In this document: positions 49,401 through 61,229 of the stretch, one piece after another
Numbering within the stretch: position 1 is the stretch's first letter
Layout: each line of letters starts with the position of its first letter
Source: Nemertoderma westbladi
Lineage: Eukaryota > Animalia > Xenacoelomorpha
Assembly: GCA_032718475.1 (NCBI GenBank)
Contig: JAUCBJ010008568.1
Location: forward strand, 5,792-69,791
Reading direction: 5' to 3'
DNA: 64,000 bases
Translations under genes and position numbers: made by a program
Notes under the pieces: generated by a model
Seen by the model: only the letters and a program-made list of their open reading frames with translations
Told to the model about the DNA's origin: nothing
The model's database searches: none

Positions 49401-52400
49401 CTGCTAGGATATAATTAATGCAAGATTTGTTAAACGCCTGCTAGGATATAATTAAGGCAAGATTTGTTAAACGCCTGCTAGGATATAATTAATGCAAGAT
49501 TTGTTAAACGCCTGCTAGGATATAATTAAGGCAAGATTTGTTAAACGCCTGCTAGGATATAATTAAGGCAAGATTTGTTAAACGCCTGCTAGGATATAAT
49601 TAATGCAAGATTTGTTAAACGCCTGCTGGGATATAATTAAGGCAAGATTTGTTAAACGCCTGCTAGGATATAATTAATGCAAGATTTGTTAAACACCTGC
49701 TAGGATATAATTAATGCAAGATTTGTTAAACGCCTGCTAGGATATAATTAAGGCAAGATTTGTTAAACGCCTGCTAGAGGATATAATTAAGGCAAGATTT
49801 GTTAAACGCCTGCTAGGATATAATTAATGCAAGATTTGTTAAACGCCTGCTAGGATATAATTAATGCAAGATTTGTTAAACGCCTGCTAGGATATAATTA
49901 AGGCAAGATTTGTTAAACGCCTGCTAGGATATAATTAAGGCAAGATTTGTTAAACGCCTGCTAGGATATAATTAAGGCAAGATTTGTTAAACGCCTGCTG
50001 GATATAATTAAGGCAAGATTTGTTAAACGCCTGCTAGGATATAATTAATGCAAGATTTGTTAAACGCCTGCTAGGATATAATTAAGGCAAGATTTGTTAA
50101 ACGCCTGCTGGATATAATTAAGGCAAGATTTGTTAAACGCCTGCTAGGATATAATTAATGCAAGATTTGTTAAACACCTGCTAGGATATAATTAATGCAA
50201 GATTTGTTAAACGCCTGATAGGATATAATTAATGCAAGATTTGTTAAACGCCTGCTAGGATATAATTAATGCAAGATTTGTTAAACGCCTGCTAGGATAT
50301 AATTAATGCAAGATTTGTTAAACGCCTGATAGGATATAATTAATGCAAGATTTGTTAAACGCCTGCTAGGATATAATTAATGCAAGATTTGTTAACGCGC
50401 CTGCTAGGATATAATTAATGCAAGATTTGTTAAACGCCTGCTAGGATATAATTAATGCAAGATTTGTTAAACGCCTGCTAGGATATAATTAATGCAAGAT
50501 TTGTTAAACGCCTGCTAGGATATAATTAATGCAAGATTTGTTAAACGCCTGCTAGGATATAATTAATGCAAGATTTGTTAAACGCCTGCTAGGATATAAT
50601 TAATACAAGATTTGTTAAACGCCTGCTAGGATATAATTAATGCAAGATTTGTTAAACGCCTGCTAGGATATAATTAAGGCAAGATTTGTTAAACGCCTGC
50701 TAGGTTATAATTAATGCAAGATTTGTTAAACGCCTGCTAGGATATAATTAATGCAAGATTTGTTAAACGCCTGCTAGGATATAATTAATGCAAGATTTGT
50801 TAAACGCCTGCTAGGATATAATTAATGCAAGATTTGTTAAACGCCTGCTAGGATATAATTAAGGCAAGATTTGTTAACGCGCCTGCTAGGATATAATTAA
50901 GGCAAGATTTGTTAAACGCCTGCTAGGATATAATTAAGGCAAGATTTGTTAAACGCCTGCTAGGATATAATTAAGGCAAGATTTGTTAAACGCCTGCTAG
51001 GATATAATTAAGGCAAGATTTGTTAAACGCCTGCTAGAGGATATAATTAAGGCAAGATTTGTTAAACGCCTGCTAGGATATAATTAATGCAAGATTTGTT
51101 AAACGCCTGCTAGGATATAATTAATACAAGATTTGTTAAACGCCTGCTAGGATATAATTAATGCAAGATTTGTTAAACGCCTGCTAGGATATAATTAAGG
51201 CAAGATTTGTTAAACGCCTGCTAGGATATAATTAAGGCAAGATTTGTTAAACGCCTGCTGGATATAATTAAGGCAAGATTTGTTAAACGCCTGCTAGGAT
51301 ATAATTAATGCAAGATTTGTTAAACGCCTGCTAGGATATAATTAAGGCAAGATTTGTTAAACGCCTGCTGGATATAATTAAGGCAAGATTTGTTAAACGC
51401 CTGCTAGGATATAATTAATGCAAGATTTGTTAAACACCTGCTAGGATATAATTAATGCAAGATTTGTTAAACGCCTGATAGGATATAATTAATGCAAGAT
51501 TTGTTAAACGCCTGCTAGGATATAATTAATGCAAGATTTGTTAAACGCCTGCTAGGATATAATTAATGCAAGATTTGTTAAACGCCTGATAGGATATAAT
51601 TAATGCAAGATTTGTTAAACGCCTGCTAGGATATAATTAATGCAAGATTTGTTAACGCGCCTGCTAGGATATAATTAATGCAAGATTTGTTAAACGCCTG
51701 CTAGGATATAATTAATGCAAGATTTGTTAAACGCCTGCTAGGATATAATTAATGCAAGATTTGTTAAACGCCTGCTAGGATATAATTAATGCAAGATTTG
51801 TTAAACGCCTGCTAGGATATAATTAATGCAAGATTTGTTAAACGCCTGCTAGGATATAATTAATACAAGATTTGTTAAACGCCTGCTAGGATATAATTAA
51901 TGCAAGATTTGTTAAACGCCTGCTAGGATATAATTAAGGCAAGATTTGTTAAACGCCTGCTAGGTTATAATTAATGCAAGATTTGTTAAACGCCTGCTAG
52001 GATATAATTAATGCAAGATTTGTTAAACGCCTGCTAGGATATAATTAATGCAAGATTTGTTAAACGCCTGCTAGGATATAATTAATGCAAGATTTGTTAA
52101 ACGCCTGCTAGGATATAATTAATGCAAGATTTGTTAAACGCCTGCTAGGATATAATTAATGCAAGATTTGTTAAACGCCTGCTAGGATATAATTAAGGCA
52201 AGATTTGTTAAACTCCTGCTAGGATATAATTAAGGCAAGATTTGTTAAACGCCTGCTAGGATATAATTAATGCAAGATTTGTTAAACGCCTGCTAGGATA
52301 TAATTAATGCAAGATTTGTTAAACGCCTGCTAGGATATAATTAATGCAAGATTTGTTAAACGCCTGCTATGATATAATTAATGCAAGATTTGTTAAACGC

Positions 52401-52406
52401 CTGCTA
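46483..52406. repeat. 35-bp minisatellite, about 169 copies
   Basis: Unit GATATAATTAA(G/T)GCAAGATTTGTTAAACGCCTGCTAG. Confidence 0.98.
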
Positions 52407-52570
52407 AGACTGTCAAAAACTGCCTCATCTACTGTACTATGGCTCTCAGAGCCGTAAATGAAAAAACATTCTGTGAAGACATTATTGATAAAACATAGAA
52501 TGTTTTCAAACTCGAAATAATTTAAGACTACAGACAATACAGGCGAGTGCGTGATGATACTTCTATAAAC

Positions 52571-52839
52571 CAGGGCTTCTTAAATGGACCGGCGTTTATA
52601 AATTCGTCTTGGATAGGAGCTCTCCAACAGAACAGCCACACCATAACTAGAACTACGGCCCATGGTTGGCACTTCAAATTATGCTCAAACTCTGAACCAT
52701 TCGACAGGGCTTCTTAAATGGACCGGCGTTTATAAATTCGTCTTGGATAGGAGCTCTCCAACAGAACAGCCACACCATAACTAGAACTACGGCCCATGGT
52801 TGGCACTTCAAATTATGCTCAAACTCTGAACCATTCGAC
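52571..52839. repeat. Tandem duplication, 2 x 134 bp
   Basis: cagggcttcttaaatggacc...ctctgaaccattcga begins at 52571 and again at 52705. Confidence 0.9.
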
Positions 52840-52890
52840 GATCGATCGGATCAGTGTTTATGAAACTTTTGCGACAGCTCAGCCCATCAC

Positions 52891-52945
52891 CTGTGCCACG
52901 TGCTAGACTGCCCCAACCGTCCCTCTTTAAAATCATTATCGAATT
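52891..52945 (-). CDS. Putative internal exon of the unidentified minus-strand gene
   Basis: tttcacag| acceptor, aa-FDNDFKEGRLGQSSTWH-ag, donor |GTGATG; phases fit both neighbouring exons. Confidence 0.4.
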
Positions 52946-53121
52946 CTGTGAAATTTAAAGTCTATTTTAACGTTAAATTTTTAAACTATATTGTTTTAAT
53001 TTAAATTTTATTTATAACGATTAAACACTCATTCACCCCGATCATGGGGTGATCACAATATATATTTGAAAAATATATATTATTGTGATAAAAAATGTAT
53101 AAAGTTTCACCCATCTCTTAC

Positions 53122-53135
53122 CTGAAAAAATGCAG
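53122..53135 (-). CDS. Putative 14-nt micro-exon of the unidentified minus-strand gene
   Basis: tttacag|c tgc att ttt tca g|GTAAGA; strong donor and phase-compatible. Confidence 0.3.
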
Positions 53136-53305
53136 CTGTAAATTTAGAACGGATGAGTTATCCGACATAATATTTGACACCTCAAATTTTATGGAACTCT
53201 ATTTCAATATTAATATTAATATTGCTTTTCTTTTATTTTTTCATTCTTTGATTTATTTTGTAACAACTAGGGTATACTCTATAAGCCAGCCATATCGACT
53301 TATAC

Positions 53306-56300
53306 GAGTCGGATTAGTGTAGTAGTCCTAGGGATGTGAGTCGGATTAGTGTAGAAGTCCTAGGGATGTGAGTCGGATTAGTGTAGTAGGCCTAGGGATG
53401 TGAGTCGGATTAGTGTAGTAGTCCTAGGGATGTGAGTCTGATTAGTGTAGTAGTGCTAGGGATGTGAGTCGGATTAGTGTAGTAGTCCTAGTGATGTGAG
53501 TCGGATTAGTGTAGTTGTGCTAGGGATGTGAGTCGGATTAGTGTAGTAGGCCTAGGGATGTGAGTCGAATTAGTGTAGTAGGTCTAGGGATGTGAGTCGG
53601 ATTAGTGTAATAGTCCTAGGGATGTGAGTCGGATTAGTGTAGTAGTCCTAGGGATGTGAGTCGGATTAGTGTAGTAGTGCTAGGGATGTGAGTCGGAGTA
53701 GTCTAGTAGGCCTAGGGATGTGAGTCGGATGAGTGTAGTAGTCCTAGGGATGTGAGTCGGATTAGTGTAGTAGTCCTAGGGATGTTGGTCGGATTAGTGT
53801 AGTAGGCCTAGGGATGTGAGTCGGATTAGTGTAGTAGGCATAGGGATGTGAGTCGGATTAGTGTAGTAATCCTAGGGATGTGAGTCGGAGTAGTGTAGTA
53901 GTCCTAGGGATGTGAGTCAGATTAGTGTAGTGGGCCTAGGGATGTGAGTCGGATTAGTGTAGTAGTCCTAGGGATGTGAGTCGGATTATTGTAGTAGTCC
54001 TAGGGATGTGAGTCGGATTAGTGTAGTAGTCCTAGGGATGTGAGTCGGATTAGTGTAGTAGTCCTAGGGTTGTGAGTCGGATTAGTGTAGTAGGCATAGG
54101 GATGTGAGTCGGATTAGTGTAGTAGTCCTAGGGATGTGAGTCGGATTAGTGTAGTAGGTCTAGGGATGTGAGTCGGATTAGTGTAGTAGTCCTAGGGATG
54201 TGAGTCGGATTAGTGTAGTAGTCCTAGGGATGTGAGTCGGAGTAGTGTAGTAGGCCTAGGGATGTGAGTCGGATTAGTGTAGTAGTCCTAGGGATGTGAG
54301 TCGGATTAGTGTAGTAGGCCCAGGGATGTGAGTCGGATTAGTGTAGTAGTCCTAGGGATGTGAGTCGGATTAGTGTAGTGGGCCTAGGGATGTGAGTCGG
54401 ATTAGTGTAGTAGTCCTAGGGATGTGAGTCGGATTAGTGTAGTAGTTCTAGGGATGTGAGTCGGATTAGTGTAGTAGGCCTAGGGATGTGAGTCGGATTA
54501 GTGTAGTAGTCCTAGGGATGTGAGTCGGATTAGTGTAGTAGTCCTAGGGATGTGAGTCGAATTAGTGTAGTAGTCCTAGTGATGTGAGTCGGATTAGTGC
54601 AATAGGCCTAGGGATGTGAGTCGGATTAGTGTAGTAGTTCTAGGGATGTGAGTCGGATTAGTGTAGTAGTCCTAGGGATGTGAGTCGGATTAGTGTAGTA
54701 GTCCTAGGGATGTGAGTCGGATTAGTGTAGTAGGCCTGGGGATGTGAGTCGGATTAGTGTAGTAGGTCTAGGGATGTGAGTCGGATTAGTGTAGTAGTCC
54801 TAGGGATGTGAGTCGGATTAGTGTAGTAGTCCTAGGGACGTGAGTCGGATTAGTGTAGTAAGCCTAGGGATGTGAGTCGGATTAGTGTAGTAGTCCTAGG
54901 GATGTGAGTCGGATTAGTGTAGTAGTGCTAGGGATGTGAGTCGGATTAGTGTAGTGGTCCTAGGGATGTGAGTCGGATTAGTGTAGTAGTCCTAGGGATG
55001 TGAGTCGGATTAGTGTAGTGGTCCTAGGGATGTAAGTCGGATTAGTGTAGTAGTCCTATGGATGTGAGTCGGATTAGTGTAGTAGTCCTAGGGATGTGAG
55101 TCGGATTAGTGTAGTAGGCCTAGGGATTAGTGTAGTAGGTCTAGGGGTGTGAGTCGGATTAGTGTAGTAGTCCTAGGGATGTGAGTCGGATTAGTGTAGT
55201 AGGCCTAGGGATGTGAGTCGGATTAGTGTAGTAGGCATAGGGATGTGAGTCGGATCAGTGTAGTAGGCCTAGGGATGTGAGTCGGATTAGTGTAGTAGGC
55301 TTAGGGATGTGAGTCGGATTAGTGTAGAAGGCGTAGGGATGTGAGTCGGATTAGTGTAGTAGGCCTAGGGATGTGAGTCGGATTAGTGTAGTAGTCCTAG
55401 GGATGTGAGTCGGATTAGTGTAGTAGTCCTAGGGATGTGAGTCGGATTAGTGTAGTAGTGCTAGGGATGTGAGTCGGATTAGTGTAGTGGTCCTAGGGAT
55501 GTGAGTCGGATTAATGTAGTAGTCCTAGGGATGTGAGTCGGATTAGTGTAGTAGTCCTAGGGATGTGAGTCGGATTAGAGTAGTTGGCCTAGGGATGTGA
55601 GTCGGATTAGTGTAGTAGGCCTAGGGATGTGAGTCGGATTAGTGCAGTCGGTCTAGGGATGTGAGTCGGATTAGTGTAGTAGTCCGAGGGATGTGAGTCG
55701 GATTAGTGTAGTAGGTCTAGGGATGTGAGTCGGATTAGTGTAGTAGTCCTAGGGATGTGAGTCGGATTAGTGTAGTAGGTCTAGGGATGTGAGTCGGATT
55801 AGTGTAGTGGTCCTAGGGATGTGAGTCGGATTAGTGTAGTAGGTCTAGGGATGTGAGTCAGATTAGTGTAGTAGGTCTAGGGATGTGAGTCGGATTAGTG
55901 TAGTAGGTCTAGGGATGTGGGTCGGATTAGTGTAGTAGTCCTAGGGATGTGAGTCGGATTAGTGTAGTAGGTCTAGGGATGTGAGTCAGATTAGTGTAGT
56001 AGGTCTAGGGATGTAAGTCGGAGTAGTGTAGTAGGTCTAGGGATGTGGGTCGGATTAGTGTAGTAGTCCTAGGGATGTGAGTCGGATTAGTGTAGTAGGT
56101 CTAGGGATGTGAGTCGGATTAGTGTAGTAGGTCTAGGGTTGTGGGTCGGATTAGTGTAGTAGTCCTAGGGATGTGAGTTGGATTAGTGTAGTAGGTCTAG
56201 GGATGTGAGTCAGATTAGTGTAGTAGTCCTAGGGATGTGAGTCGGAGTAGTGTAGTAGTTCTAGGGATGTGAGTCGGATTAGTGTAGTAGTCCTAGGGAT

Positions 56301-57906
56301 GTGAGTCGGATTAGTGTAGTAGTCCGAGGGATGTGAGTCGGATTAGTGTAGTAGTCCTAGGGATGTGAGTCGGATTAGTGTAGTAGGTCTAGGGATGTGG
56401 GTCGGATTAGTGTAGTAGTCCTAGGGATGTGAGTCGGATTAGTGTAGTAGGTCTAGGGATGTGAGTCAGATTCGTGTAGTAGTCCTAGGGATGTGAGTCA
56501 GAGTAGTGTAGTAGTTCTAGGGATGTGAGTCGGATTAGTGTAGTAGTCCTAGGGATGTGAGTCGGATTAGTGTAGTAGGCCTAGGGATGTGAGTCGGATT
56601 AGTGTAGTAGTCCTAGGGATGTGAGTCGGATTAGTGTAGTAGGTCTAGGGATGTGAGTCGGATTAGTGTAGTAGTCCTAGGGATGTGAGTCGGATTAGTG
56701 TAGTAGTCCTAGGGATGTGAGTCGGATTAGTGTAGTGGGCCTAGGGATGTGAGTCGGAGTAGTGTAGTAGTTCTAGGGATGTGAGTCGGATTAGTGTAGT
56801 AGTCCTAGGGATGTGAGTGGGATTAGTGTAGTAGTCCTAGGGATGTGAGTCGGATTAGTGTAGTAGTCCTAGGGATGTGAGTCGGATTAGTGTAGTAGTC
56901 CTAGGGATGTGAGTCGGATTAGTGTAGTGGGCCTAGGGATGTGAGTCGGATTAGTGTAGTAGTCCTAGGGATGTGAGTCGGATTAGTGTAGTAGGTCCAG
57001 GGATGTGAGTCGGATTAGTGTAGTAGGTCTAGGGATGTGAGTCGGATTAGTGTAGTAGTCCTAGGGATGTGAGTCGGATTAGTGTAGTAGTCCTAGGGAT
57101 GTGAGTCGGATTAGTGTAGTGGGCCTAGGGATGTGAGTCGGAGTAGTGTAGTAGTTCTAGGGATGTGAGTCGGATTAGTGTAGTAGTCCTAGGGATGTGA
57201 GTGGGATTAGTGTAGTAGTCCTAGGGATGTGAGTCGGATTAGTGTAGTAGTCCTAGGGATGTGAGTCGGATTAGTGTAGTAGTCCTAGGGATGTGAGTCG
57301 GATTAGTGTAGTAGGTCCAGGGATGTGAGTCGGATTAGTGTAGTAGGTCTAGGGATGTGAGTCGGATTAGTGTAGTAGTCCTAGGGATGTGAGTCGGATT
57401 AGTGTAGTAGTCCTAGGGATGTGAGTGGGATTAGTGTAGTAGTCCTAGGGATGTGAGTCGGATTAGTGTAGTAGTCCTAGGGATGTGAGTCGGATTAGTG
57501 TAGTAGGTCCAGGGATGTGAGTCGGATTAGTGTAGTAGTCCTAGGGATGTGAGTCGGATTAGTGTAGTAGTCCTAGGGATGTGAGTCGGATTAGTGTAGT
57601 AGTCCTAGGGATGTGAGTCGGATTAGTGTAGTAGTCCTAGGGATGTGAGTCGGATTAGTGTAGTAGTCCTAGGGATGTGAGTCGGATTAGTGTAGTAGGT
57701 CTAGGGATGTGAGTCGGATTAGTGTAGTAGTCCTATGGATGTGAGTCGGATTAGTGTAGTAGTCCTAGGGATGTGAGTCGGAGTAGTGTAGTAGGCCTAG
57801 GGATGTGAGTCGGATTAGTGTAGTAGGTCTAGGGATGTGAGTCGGATTAGTGTAGTAGTCCTATGGATGTGAGTCGGATTAGTGTAGTAGTCCTGGGGAT
57901 GTGAGT
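53306..57906. repeat. 32-bp minisatellite, about 144 copies
   Basis: Unit GAGTCGGATTAGTGTAGTAG(T/G)CCTAGGGATGT with frequent point variants. Confidence 0.98.
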
Positions 57907-57942
57907 GGTGTAAGTAGTTTCGCCATTCTTTCCCTAGTCGGT

Positions 57943-58497
57943 ATCACGAGATAATAACTAGGGATCCCGAGATAATAACTCGGGATCCCGAGATAATAAG
58001 TCAGGATTCCGAGATAATATGTCGGGATCCCGAGATAATAACTCGCGGGATCCTGATATAATAAGTCAGGATCACAAGATAGTAACTCGGGATCCCGAGA
58101 TAATAACTCGGGATCTTTAGATATTAAGTCAGAGTCACGAAATAATAAATCGGGATCCCGAGATATTAACTCGGGATCCCGATATATAATAAGTCGGGAT
58201 CCCGAGATAATAAGTCAGGATCACGAGATAATAACTCGGAATCCCTAGATAATAAGTCGGGATCCCGATATATAACAAGTCGGGATCCCGAGATAATAAG
58301 TCAGGATCACGAGATAATAACTCGTGATCCCGAGATAATTACTCGGGATCCCTAGATAATAAGTCAGGATCACGAGATAATAACTCGTGATCCCGAGATA
58401 ATAATTCATGATTACGAGTTAATAACTCGTCATCCCGAGATAAATTACTCGGGATCCTGAGATAATAAGTCGGGATCCTGAGATAATAAGTCGGAAT
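57943..58497. repeat. Degenerate 21-23-bp minisatellite, about 25 copies
   Basis: tcgggatcccgagataataa(c/g) units, each with the palindrome tcgggatcccga. Confidence 0.9.
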
Positions 58498-58980
58498 CCG
58501 TAGGACGGATAAATAGAGACAGACCGCTGCGTGGGCTGGTCCTGGTGAAAAACTAACGTAACTGAACTGATGATGTTCGAGTATGTTCTGAGGTGGGTTA
58601 TTATATTAGTTTAGTTAGTGTATGCAGTATGCAGTAGTTGGCCTAGTCATAAAGTCATTTGGGTGGGCTGGAGCCTGGAGAAAACAAACTTTATGTTACA
58701 CATGTACAGTACACAGTAGAGTGATGAGAGTACGGGAGTAGGCCTTTGCCTACACTGTACTGTTGTAAGAGTAGGACATTCTGACAGTACTGCTACAGTA
58801 GTAGTGCTGCTGTGCTGTAGTGTGTGATCCGGTAGCCTGATTGTTGTTGCTATAGTATCTTTATACGGAATCGGTAAGTTTCATTGTTTTGGTATTATTG
58901 GCACCGGTATCCTGAATACAGGAATAGGCTAGACTTACTGTTGTACTTTAGGCCGGTAGCATAAACACAGATTAAATTCC

Positions 58981-59031
58981 GACTAGCGTAACATTTCGGT
59001 CGTGTCGAATTCGGCTCATCCGACGCTAGTT
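58981..59031 (+). promoter_or_regulatory. Structured RNA element upstream of the RPL12 start codon (probable 5' UTR)
   Basis: 9-bp outer stem gactagcgt/acgctagtt, cgg/ccg inner stem, apical gtcg-aatt-cggc hairpin; resembles the human RPL12 5' UTR as I recall it. Confidence 0.6.
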
Positions 59032-59089
59032 ATCTCTTCCACGTTTCTGACAACCGTAAATCCAAAGGTAACATATCTTGATACACAAA

Positions 59090-59587
59090 ATGCCGCCTAA
59101 ATTCGATCCCAATGAGATAAAAGTCGTATGTCTGCGAGTCGTAGGCGGAGAAGTTGGAGCAACTTCCTCGCTCGCTCCCAAAATCGGTCCTCTGGGTCTG
59201 TCTCCAAAGAAAGTCGGTGACGACATAGCGAAAGCAACCACCGAATGGAAAGGTCTCCGGATAACGGTTAAACTCACCATCCAAAACCGACAGGCGCAAA
59301 TATCCGTCGTACCTTCGGCATCCGCTCTCATTATAAAAGCACTGAAAGAACCTCCGAGAGATCGTAAGAAAGTCAAGAATATTTCCCACTCCGGGAATAT
59401 AACAATGGATAACGTCTTGGAAGTGGCTCGTATAATGAAAGATCGATCCATGTCTAAAGATTTCACCGGCACTGTTAAGGAAATCCTCGGCACCGCGCAG
59501 AGTGTTGGGTGTAGAGTCGACGGTAAACATCCTCATGATGTTATCGACGAGATTAACGACGGGGAATACGATATTCCCGACGCGTAG
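59090..59587 (+). CDS. RPL12: 60S ribosomal protein L12 (uL11), 165 aa, intronless CDS
   Basis: [13 protein letters not shown]...[32 protein letters not shown]...EPPRDRKK...[15 protein letters not shown]; complete and intact; true ATG at 59090. Confidence 0.97.
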   Translation: MPPKFDPNEIKVVCLRVVGGEVGATSSLAPKIGPLGLSPKKVGDDIAKATTEWKGLRITVKLTIQNRQAQISVVPSASALIIKALKEPPRDRKKVKNISHSGNITMDNVLEVARIMKDRSMSKDFTGTVKEILGTAQSVGCRVDGKHPHDVIDEINDGEYDIPDA

Positions 59588-60300
59588 ACTCGCTGTCCTG
59601 TTGGTTTAGTGATAGCCCTATCGTACTGGAGTATGTTGCGTCGGTAGGAGATGTCAATGGATTTAGGTGCTTCTATTTATCTCTATAGCCATTGTTTTGG
59701 TGTATTTAAATTCTTGTACGCCAGTATAAATGCAGTAATACAATATATACTAATAATAATGGCTGTTATAAGTTTTGAATTTTAATTGTGAGTTTTGCTG
59801 GTGATTGATACAATTAAAATTTCTAAATAGTTTTATTAACCAAGAGCATAAAAGAAGCACTTGCCTGTTACAGGTTCTTAAATAATTATTATTTTATAAG
59901 CTGGGGGGGGGGGGGGGGGGGGGGTGGTGGTTATGGGGGTTTGTACACTCTGGGATGTCCACAGTGAGTCCTTTATTCTTTTTTATGATTATTTATTGAT
60001 TACCTTTCTTTTAATAATATTGTCTCGTCAGTTCGTAATTTTATGTTATTCCTAGGGATTGAATATGAATTTGAAAAATTATTTTTTGTAATAAATATTT
60101 ATCGTGCAAAAAATTGAGACGTACGTTAATATGTAATTGGCCTATACCCCAGGATTTCGCCCTTATCATGTGCGCGGATTTTAGAGAGATGGTATGGTAA
60201 ATGGTAGACCAGCACTTTACCCAAGTTTATAGCAGTCAATACCAATATACGATTCATGATAGACACAAATCTTATCCTATCCTGCATCCTGTCCTGGAAT

Positions 60301-61225
60301 CAGGGACAGGATACGATACGATACGAAAATACGATACGATACGAACCAATTTTTAACGATACGATACGATACAAATGCAAATATGGATAAATACGATACG
60401 AAATACGAAAAATGTTTCGTATTTTTTTCGTATCGTATTTTATCTAAGAATTAATAAAAATATATGTATTGCATTTTGTATTACACACAGAAAATAATAT
60501 AATATAATAATAATATTTATGATAGGCAAATATTTATTGTTTCAATGTACGTCTGGTCATATTACCATGCGACTTTATGAATACTGTACTGATGTACCTA
60601 CCTAGGCCTACATACTGCCGTAATTTATGGAATAATTTAGATTTTGATGTACCAATATTGAATAAAATTCAAAATTTCAATTTCGTAGTCAAACTACTGT
60701 AATACAAGAAAAAACTATGTTTTATTTCAAAACAAATATTTTATTTCAAAACAAATGTTTTATTTCAAAACAAATGTTTTATTTCAAAACAAATGTTTTA
60801 TTTCAAAACAAATGTTTTATTTCAAAACAAATGTATTTATTTCTTTTATTCTCTCACTAGAATGCTTTTATCACAACATCAATGCACAATATCCTAAAAA
60901 CTTTATTTAAACGATAATTAAATTATATTTCAGTGGTCTTTTTTATCATTATTCTACAGTTAATTACAATGTGATTAATAATCCTCCTGTCTAATTTATA
61001 CACCAATTTTGAGAAAAAAAATGTAAATAAATAAGTGGTGTGATCTCTTGTTTGACTGTTAAAAACATTAATATTTACAAAATAATAAGATACGAAAATA
61101 CGAAAAACATTTATTGTATTATACGATACGAAGTCAATTTTTATGATACGATACGAAATTCGATACGAATAAAATACTGCGATACGAAATACGAAAATCC
61201 GTTTTCGTATCGTATCCTGTCCCTG
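60301..61225. mobile_element. hAT-like MITE with (GATAC)n subterminal repeats
   Basis: TIRs cagggacaggatacgatacga / tcgtatcgtatcctgtccctg; no clear target duplication; related fragment at about 32400-32527. Confidence 0.75.
60718..60840. repeat. 20-bp tandem repeat, about 6 copies
   Basis: tttatttcaaaacaaatgtt units. Confidence 0.9.
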
Positions 61226-61229
61226 GTTA

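Noticed and set aside
53122-53168. Minus-strand first exon MSDNSSVLNLQLHFF using the GTAAGA donor
   Set aside because: Its phase gives a stop two codons into the next candidate exon; the 14-nt micro-exon reading fits better
34094-57906. CRISPR arrays
   Set aside because: Units are head-to-tail with no unique spacers, there are no cas genes, and the DNA is eukaryotic with spliceosomal introns
53306-57906. Telomeric or interstitial telomere repeat (CTAGGG resembles TTAGGG)
   Set aside because: Only one such hexamer per 32-bp unit; no (TTAGGG)n or (TTAGG)n run
58566-58592. C/D box snoRNA (TGATGA...CTGA) near RPL12
   Set aside because: The boxes are under 20 nt apart and there is no terminal stem
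59090-59587. RPL12 as a dead processed pseudogene
   Set aside because: No lesions, no poly-A tract or target duplication, and it keeps a structured leader and plausible upstream splice sites
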